39,668 bases of DNA from Rotaria socialis. Its lineage: Eukaryota. This document shows positions 1 to 7,183 of this stretch, one piece after another. The stretch's first letter is position 1. Every line of letters starts with the position of its first letter. Location: contig CAJNYD010000262.1 in NCBI GenBank assembly GCA_905331295.1, positions 1 through 39,668 on the forward strand. Reading direction: 5' to 3'. The notes below the pieces were generated by a model that had not been told where the DNA came from, did not search any database, and saw nothing but the letters and a program-made list of their open reading frames with translations. Both the position numbers and the translations under genes were made by a program.

Positions 1-84
1 AATAATAGCAAAATAATGATTGTGTAACATTTAAAATACTTTTTTAAAAATAACCTTTAGATGTTTCTCTCACTTGAAAACGTA

Positions 85-247
85 TTTAAAAGGGTTTATT
101 AAAGGGTTTATGGCAATTTCATATACGCAAAAAAGGGTTTATGAAAGGGTTTAGGATAGTTTTAAATACGGTAAAAAGGGTTTATTATACGTTGCACTTT
201 CATCAACCCTTTTTGGGTTTATTATTCTACGAATTTTTTTTTACAGT
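85..247. mobile_element. Probable terminal segment of a DNA transposon (subterminal AAAGGGTTTA repeats, end ...TTTTTTACAGT) that truncates the Helitron ORF
   Basis: AAAGGGTTTA occurs at 89, 101, 132, 144 and 175, with an inverted AACCCTTT at ~205. The block ends in T9-ACAGT at ~247 (reverse complement ACTGTAAAAAAA, reminiscent of CACTA/CMC-type ends). Helitron coding sequence resumes abruptly at 252. The other end is outside the window. Confidence 0.45.
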
Positions 248-251
248 TTAG

Positions 252-1555
252 TATCGCTCCGAGATTCTCAAGGATATTTGTTTATATGATTTTGTCAGTA
301 CATTATAAAAGAAAAAAATGAATGTAACAGACTTGAAATATTTATCCAAGACTGGGGTATCAATTGAAGAAAAAGTTAACCAAAAAGGTCGATCATCCAA
401 TGAACATTATCCTTTTCAAAAACAGCACCCACAGGCAACAGCATACTTAATGTTGAAATATAGTAATCTTCATGTACCTATTCTTTATGGGCCTCAAATT
501 CCTCGACGAGATCGTGACGAAACTCGAGAACGATATAGCCGAGCTCTTCTCACACTTTTCGTACCCTGACGCACCATTGCTGATCTTTGCGACTTCAATC
601 AGACGTGGGAAGATACACTTAAATCTCGACAGCATCTTATTTCTACGTATTCGTGGAAGATTATAGAAAAGATTCAACTTTTACATGAATGCAAAAAGAA
701 TCGCGATGAACATTTACTACAAGTTATTGCTTAATCTTAAGTCGAAAATGACGCAATCGATTCAGTACTTTTGCGAGCAAATCAAGATGCTGATGGTGAA
801 TATGATATTGACAACAGCGATCAGCTATTTGAACTACTAGGAAATTTAGACGACTACACAACCACTACGGCCAATGCGAACAAAAATCAACAGAAAATAA
901 ATATATTGAAGAAACTATTGAAGCAGTCGAAAACGTCGGACGATTTAGTCACATGAATTGTGAGTATGACCAATTGTATGCGTTGCTCAAGACACTTGTA
1001 ACGGCAAACCAATCGAAGATCCAACATTAATAAAAGCAACCTATTAGAACTATTCGATAGTAAGACTGAACATTTACCTGGGCTATTACCTTTTGTTCCT
1101 GGAATGCCTGTTATTTTAACACAAAACATTGCTATTGAACTGGGTCTTATGAACGACATTAATGAAATCCTTCGACAACTAGTCTATCAGCTCGATTCTA
1201 TGTCAACAGATGTTCTATCACAAGCATTTCCAAACTACACACAATATGTTCATCGGCCTTTATATGTATTGATTGAAATTTCTCGATCGAAAATTGAATG
1301 CAATCTTGAAGAACTCCAACCAAAACTCGCCCCGATACCATTAATGGAACAAACACTGTCAAATGAAATGGACGACATTGCTGCAGTTTATGTACCTTTA
1401 TCACGTGTAAAACATTTGGCTGATCTTATTATTTTACGCCAATTCGATTACAAGGTTTTGTTTATCAAACCAAATAAATCACAAATCCTCGAAATAGAAG
1501 ACTCGATAAACTGTATTTAGATACACAAACGCATTTTCCCGATTGGTTTCAATGA
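252..1555 (+). pseudogene. Decayed Helitron/Helentron Rep-helicase fragment (inter-domain region plus C-terminal PIF1-like helicase)
   Basis: The frame from 252 reads YRSEILKDICLYDFVSTL*...HPQ...GPQIPRRD...RERYSRALLTLFVP*R, with in-frame stops at 306, 567, 732 and 738. After a frameshift it reads TEHLPGLLPFVPGMPVILTQNIAIELGLMN (PIF1 2B-region G-x-PV-x-L-x-x-N motif) and AAVYVPLSRVK (helicase motif VI), ending ...FPDWFQ* at 1555. No Walker A/B or THKSQG motif V is present, which implies internal deletions near 960 and 1357. Confidence 0.85.
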
Positions 1556-2378
1556 TTTTTTTCTGCAATGTCTTGTACATATGAGCGTTGTTCTTATATG
1601 GCTAACCATACTGTTGAATTATATGTGCTAGATATAGATATCTGCTTGTTTTTATATCTATTTTATTGTTCGGTTTGATTATACATTGAATATATTTGTC
1701 GCATATGATTGCTCATAAAAGTTTCAATATAGATGTTCTGTGCTGTGCTATAATGCTAAATCATGGTACTCATAGAATCATTCTATATGATCATGCAACT
1801 AAAACAAATGCATATATTTGACTAAAAGGATGTTGGTAAAAAGCAATCTTATACTTGATGTTAGGGTTACCCTTATTTCTCATTTTGATATGAATATATT
1901 TTCTGGTTGAGCTACATAGAATGCAATCAAAAATAAACAGGAGCACTCAATATCAAATTGAAAGCAGCATATCTCATATTATTGTCATTGTATGAAAAAG
2001 TGATATTTGTGTCATGAAACGACTTTATAAGTTAATTTAGATTTGAGTTCCCACCGTTTTCCGTTATCGATAACTTTTCATTGAAAAATTAATCTTTCTA
2101 TTAGTTTTTAACTGAAGAACTGAATACAGTTTTTTAAATACCACAATTAACAAAGAAGAATTCTAGGAAGCTGTTTTTGACAGCACCTTGTTTTAGAAAT
2201 TAGTCGATAGCAGTGCTAATTGAATTCTGAGATTCACTATAAGTCTAAACTTACTATAGTATTATACTATTATATATCATAATAATAGAACTGTAACCGA
2301 TACCTGGCTTTAACTGACATTGGTACCAATTCCCTCAACAAGACAAGATAGAGTACAAGTAGTCTTAACTATTCAATT

Positions 2379-2420
2379 CAGTCGAGTGTCAAGCGAGTAC
2401 AAGCGACGAGCGTTACTTGT
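2379..2420 (+). mobile_element. Helentron/Helitron2-like 3' terminus (copy 1)
   Basis: CAGTCGAGTGTCAAGCGAGTACAAGCGACGAGCGTTACTTGT is 38/42 identical to 5654-5695. It lies downstream of, and in the same orientation as, the helicase remnant, and ends in CTTGT like DINE-1/HINE 3' ends. Confidence 0.6.
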
Positions 2421-2931
2421 ATCGTCTAATAGAACAGAGTAAATTATCTCGAATTGATTCAAATTTTGTTGAAAATTTTAGTAATCATGCTAGAGATCTT
2501 AAGTCACCTAACGAGTCCCTTTAGCAAGGTCGAAATCGATTGTGGTTGCTTCGATCACACTCACACCCACACCCTCAAAACATGCGAGAAAATACCTTTG
2601 CCTGAGGGTGGTCTGTTACACGCAACGACTCAGTACCTATTCGAAAAGTGGGTTTTGAAGAGTTTTATATGTTAAAAGCAGTGCTCGAGATTCATGGGGT
2701 AAGCGTGTGAGTGGTGAGGTAGTTTAGATGCGTAGGTGAAATTTCATGTTTCTCAAATAGTGGAGGAAAAGGAGGATTATAGTATGAGAGTTGTCGCTTT
2801 GTTCAAAAGTTCCCTCGACTGTAGGGAGGGTCATACGCACAAAAATAAGTTTGTCTGTGTGTCTGTTTGTGGCAGGTCAAAGGTCAAAAAAACATCAGAT
2901 AATGTTAACAGATCTCGCTGGCCAAATACCG

Positions 2932-3030
2932 CCAATCAGATATTTTTGAGTCTGGGCTTACAGTCAATGGGATTACTCGGTTGGGAAATTCGCCCAATCA
3001 GATCTTTTTGAGTGCGGGCTTCCAGCCAAT
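2932..3030 (+). promoter_or_regulatory. Tandem CCAAT-box array inside the Helentron-like element
   Basis: CCAAT at 2932, TCAAT at 2964, CCAAT at 2994 and CCAAT at 3026 (spacing 32/30/32). The array arises from a ~62-bp tandem duplication (CCAATCAGATnTTTTTGAGTnnGGGCTT). Confidence 0.4.
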
Positions 3031-5283
3031 AGGATCTCTGAGGGCGATGGAGGCTTAAATAGACAAGAGAAGGTCGTTATATGACAGTATCGATATCGTA
3101 TAAAGGTTAACGTAAGTAAATCGGGGTCGGGCAATCCGAATCCGTGATCGTTTTTTTTCCAAATTTTGAGTTCTGCTGTTGTTGTTGCACTGCAGCAGAT
3201 AATGGTAGCAGCAAGGCGTGAGTGAGGCCCCACAGGGACGTCGACGAACGACTAGCCTCTGGAGAGAATGTTTGTAAAAAAAATGTGCTTTACTGTAAGT
3301 AATTCCCTCGACTGTAGGGAGGGTCATATGAAAAAAAATGCGTTTGTATGCTTGTGGTAGGTCAAAAAAACATCCGCTATCGCTTACGTTATTTCTAAGC
3401 TTATCACGTTTTTACTGAAACTTTACTATAGGTTTTCGGGGTCGGGGAATCCGAATCTGAAGTCAGATTTCAGAAATTTTGGGTTCAGTTTTCTGGATGA
3501 AGGAAATCTTTTTTCGAGAAAGCGTTGATATTCTATAAAGGTTGACGGAAAGAAATCGGGGTCGGGAAATTCGAATATGAAATCAGATTTTTAAAATCTC
3601 GAATCGGATTTTCTAGGGCGGGTTTGTTTAGAAGATATTTAAATTGTATTTAGTTCGACCATAGATAATCGAGGTCTCAGAAATGGTACTTCATTTTAGC
3701 TATTGGAGTTTTGTCTTTGTTTTTCCGGGAAAAACAGTGTCTTAGAGATTGTGAAGAATCATTCAAGAATCAACTGAATTTTGTTCAGGGATGAAGCATA
3801 CGCTTAGCATCTTTTTAAGATACGCTGATGATTGACTAGTTTCTAATGGGAGTATTTCAGATCTATTTCATGTGCAAAGTGTTCAGTATTGAAATAGAGT
3901 TTGTTTTCTGTATGATGATACTGGATGTTGAGAGTGACGATTTTCGCTTCAATTCAGGTTCTCAGAAATGGTCACGGTGCACTTCGTGTTATAAATAGAT
4001 TTATTGAATAAGTAGTTTCCAGTTTCAAGTAAAGAGTTTCGTAGTTGAAGAATTGACTGCTTCTCTGAGTTTAACAGAACTGTAATGGGTTGGAAATTGT
4101 GAAATATGAGTGCTGTGTTGTAGGGGGGCGGTAGGCATGGCAGCAGCTGCTTTAGTGGTGGAGAGAATGGTCAGAAGCAGTAGACAAGCATAAATATACC
4201 TCGACTATCTAGATATAAGTGGTTTTAAATTGCTCAAAATATCATCAAGTTCGAGTGTTAAACTGAATTCAAGGATAAATTACTTTTGGGGGTCGCTGAT
4301 CGGGGAACTGCATTTAATGGGAATCATATCCTGGTTGTTTTCGATTTCATCGACTCAATAGAAAGTTTAGCTTCCTCGAAGCACTCAGGAGAGTCATTAT
4401 TTTCAAGAATATGTGACTTTTTACAGTCTTGAAAAAGAGTGTTTTGATACTACTGCCTGATTTATATATTCATCATTTACTCATTTCGCAGCTTGCTCAA
4501 ATAGGAGTTTCGATCGCGAAAATTGAAATCTCTCTCCACATGTTCGACACGACTTATTTTATTTTGCTTCAAAGTTTTAAATTATAGCTAACTATTCATC
4601 AAACAGATTTTCTATGATTCATTCCTAATTTGAAAAAAGCTGGATGTGGCGTTGTAAAGTGCCAAGTTATACTTCCTTTCTCTTGTGATGCACAGTAAAA
4701 TGTGCATAAATATTGAGCGGGGACGGAGTTCAAAACTCTGTTTGAAAAAAACTTTGGCGATATTGCTAACTGCATTTTTAAGAGGTCGTGGGTTCTATGT
4801 CTTCTCTGATGACGAAGTTACAGTGGTTCTCTGAAATAGTAGAATCTAACTATGTATCAGCTCTAGATCATGTCTACTTTGATAAATCACGATGAAAGTT
4901 GTACTGTGGGTGCCCTTAATGCGGCCACGCATGTCTGAAAATTTCAGGCTGATCAAAACATCTTAAATGGTATCATTCTTGATAGGTGGGGATTGGATCC
5001 GCATAAGATTACTACTCCTTTGTCTATGCAATTGGCACTCCTGCTTGTATGCGCTATACGATTAGTATTAGCATGATATTGAATACATTATACCAATTTT
5101 AGCGACCTGTTGGTCCTTAAGCCACAGTGTCATCAGATGAATTCAGGACAGAAAGAAGAGTGAGAGTGTGCATAAGATGCAGCAATCTAGCATCAATTTC
5201 TATGTTAAGGTCTGAAATCATATCCATTCTTTTTCAAATATGGGAGATTAGTGTAGTTGAAGCTTGAAAAACAGTAAATTATA

Positions 5284-5633
5284 CCCAGGGCGAGACACCA
5301 GATGGCAAGATCTTACAAGAATCGTACGCTTGATAATATCTGATCTTATCAGATCAGACGAAAAATCGTCGTCTCTGATTTCTTACACTAAGTCATATCA
5401 GACGATATTTGAAAGATTATGTTACCCGTGAAATATCACTGTGATATTTTAATTAAACTAATATCTCCTTAAAATATCACGACAAATTTGTATTGAAAAT
5501 AAATTGCATGTGTGATATTTAAAGAAAATATAGTATGATCTGATGCAAGATTTCAGAGATGACGATTTTTTGTCTAATGCTTAGAAGATTTTGTTCGGGT
5601 TGTACGATCTTACGTCAGATTCTTCGACTTGGG
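5284..5633. mobile_element. MITE with long imperfect terminal inverted repeats and TA target duplication, nested in the Helentron-like element
   Basis: TA|CCCAGGGCGA... at 5282 and ...TCGACTTGGG|TA at 5635. The inner arms AGACGAAAAATCGTCGTCTCTGA and TCAGAGATGACGATTTTTTGTCT pair. A central AAATATCAC-T-GTGATATTT palindrome is present, and there is no credible ORF. Confidence 0.75.
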
Positions 5634-5984
5634 TACCGAAAGAGCACAACATACAGTCGAGGGTCAAGCGAGGCTAAGCGACGAGCGTTACTTGTTATTG
5701 GTTATCTCGAAATAGCTTTGAAATTGGATATTGGGTTAGAGAGCTTTATGGATTTGAACCTTTGTTATGTGGATCGGAAGTGGTAATTTAGAGCTTTATG
5801 TCCAGGAGTGGTGGGAAGTTTTGTCTGTATAGGATAATTGTGTAATCGATATAATCATTAGTGTGCAGAGCACAGTTTCGTTGATTTATTTAATGATCAA
5901 GACGAAGTGTACTGTACATAGATGTACGAAAAGATAGTTCAACAAAAACAAAACCGGTTTCTTCTGGATTTTATTGTTTATGTT

Positions 5985-6917
5985 TTATGTCTGATTATCT
6001 TCGTCTTCGTCGTTGTCGGTCCCGGTGTTGGAATCGGATAAATTGAGAAATTTACCGGCATCTGTGAAGAAATTGATGAAATTTCCTGATGGCATAGTGT
6101 TTGTTCGGCTTTGCCATCTTGCATATGATAAAAACCACACTACAGAGGCGATATGACAGCAGCATCCGACGAAACGATTACCACATTTGCAGTCACACCA
6201 CCAATCTAGTATATGATCAGATGAAAATCGAATGATCGGATGATATATTGTTCGGGCGATGTGGGCTGACTGACTTGCAACTCGAATTATATTTGGAAAT
6301 TCTTGGCAACGTTGGATTTTGTAATTCACTGCTGCAGTAAGATCCGTCGTTGTAGAACATTCTTCGGCATATGATCGCGCTCTTTTTAACTGGTAGATCC
6401 CTGTATGACAAAAGAAACATAAATGTGCATAGAAAAGGGTCCGAAAATTAAAGTGTACCCAATGTGATATTATTGACGATTTCGTCCTCTGTCATGATTG
6501 GAAATTCGTGAAGGATATCGGAATGATCAATCGTTTCCCATGTTGAAGAATTTTTTTTTAAGTTGCTTTTCTGAAGAAACTGAAATGATAAGTACATAAC
6601 TATATTAGAAGTATTAGATAGCGATTGAGCTTACTGCTTCGAAATTCTTCTTTTGATTTCGTAATGATATCATTTGATCGGCTATCAATTCTTACTTGTA
6701 CAGTGATAGGGTCTATCACAGCGTATGCTGAGATCCAGAGATGTTTATCGAGGTTTATTATAATCGTGGCTTCGCCTCTCTATTCTCGTTGTATTTCTAA
6801 TAGCGTTTCTGATGGATCCAAGCCTTCTATCTGAGAATGTATAAAGGTAATTAATTAATTAGGCTGTAATTATTTAATTAATTAAATATATGTGGATGGA
6901 ATTCAAACTCCTACCAT
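5985..6917 (-). CDS. Transposase-derived SWIM zinc-finger protein lacking a DDE catalytic core (predicted 224 aa, 4 exons)
   Basis: Proposed exons: complement(6915-6917, 6696-6830, 6459-6579, 5985-6400), all GT-AG, 675 nt, no internal stop. Translation: M-IEGLDPSETLLEIQ...ITVQ-FLQKSNLKK...EFPIMTEDEIVNNITLG-IYQLKRARSYAEE...WWCDCKCGNRFVGCCCHIASVVWFLSYAR plus an acidic tail. CxC-x7-CxH fits SWIM. I recognise the FP..TLGIYQLK.ARSY plus SWIM combination from the C-termini of DDE_Tnp_4-type transposases. The two 3' exons are solid; the 5' exons are less certain. Confidence 0.6.
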
Positions 6918-6937
6918 TAATCCTTGAACACATCTTC

Positions 6938-7183
6938 ACTTGCCTGTAATAATTTGTGATGCGGGGCATCACCTGTCTGTAACGGTCTGTGGGGGGGACA
7001 GGGGGTGGGTCCAAATTTCTACTCTAAACACTTCAACACTCGGTTCAGGTCGTGTGACGGGGGGATCACCTGTAGGTAACGGTCTGTGACGGGGGGATCG
7101 CCTGTAGGTAACGGTCTGTGGGGGGACAGGGGGTGGGTCCAAATTTCTACTCTAAACACTTCAACACTCCTTTCAGGTCGTGT
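6938..7183. repeat. GC-rich compound tandem repeat (32-bp units within a ~128-bp duplication)
   Basis: The unit GACGGGGGGATCRCCTGTAGGTAACGGTCTGT occurs at 7056-7087 and 7088-7119, with degenerate copies from ~6938. The block GGGGGGACAGGGGGTGGGTCCAAATTTCTACTCTAAACACTTCAACACTC..TTCAGGTCGTGT occurs at ~6992-7055 and ~7120-7183. Confidence 0.9.

Larger units (their letters stand above)
2810..5695 (+). mobile_element. Non-autonomous Helentron-like element (HINE) with a duplicated 5' end
   Basis: The identical 26-mer TTCCCTCGACTGTAGGGAGGGTCATA occurs at 2810-2835 and 3303-3328, each followed by a GTYY-rich tract and GGTCAAAAAAACATC. Its CCCTCGACTGT is the exact reverse complement of ACAGTCGAGGG at 5653-5663, 32 nt before the CTTGT end at 5695 (asymmetric subterminal inverted repeats). 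An internal CGGGGTCGGGNAATYCGAAT repeat occurs at ~3122, ~3437 and ~3557. Confidence 0.6.

Noticed and set aside
89..184. AGGGTTT units as plant-type telomeric repeats
   Set aside because: The copies are separated by non-repeat spacers rather than forming a tandem array; they are better explained as subterminal transposon repeats.
2379..2823. CAGTCGAG.G ... CCCTCGACTG-TA as TA-flanked Tc1/mariner TIRs
   Set aside because: Sequence conservation between the two CCCTCGACTG copies continues on what would be the outside of the element, and the left copy lacks TA. A shared TTATCTCGAA after both tails leaves slight doubt.
2454..3327. Short ORFs (73-91 aa) in the Helentron head region
   Set aside because: They overlap on both strands, run through tandem repeats and contain no recognisable motifs.
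5559..5786. 75-aa ORF
   Set aside because: It spans a MITE end, the Helentron tail and flanking DNA, so it is a chance frame.
6938..7183. CRISPR-like array
   Set aside because: The 32-bp units are contiguous without unique spacers, there are no cas genes, and the context is eukaryotic.
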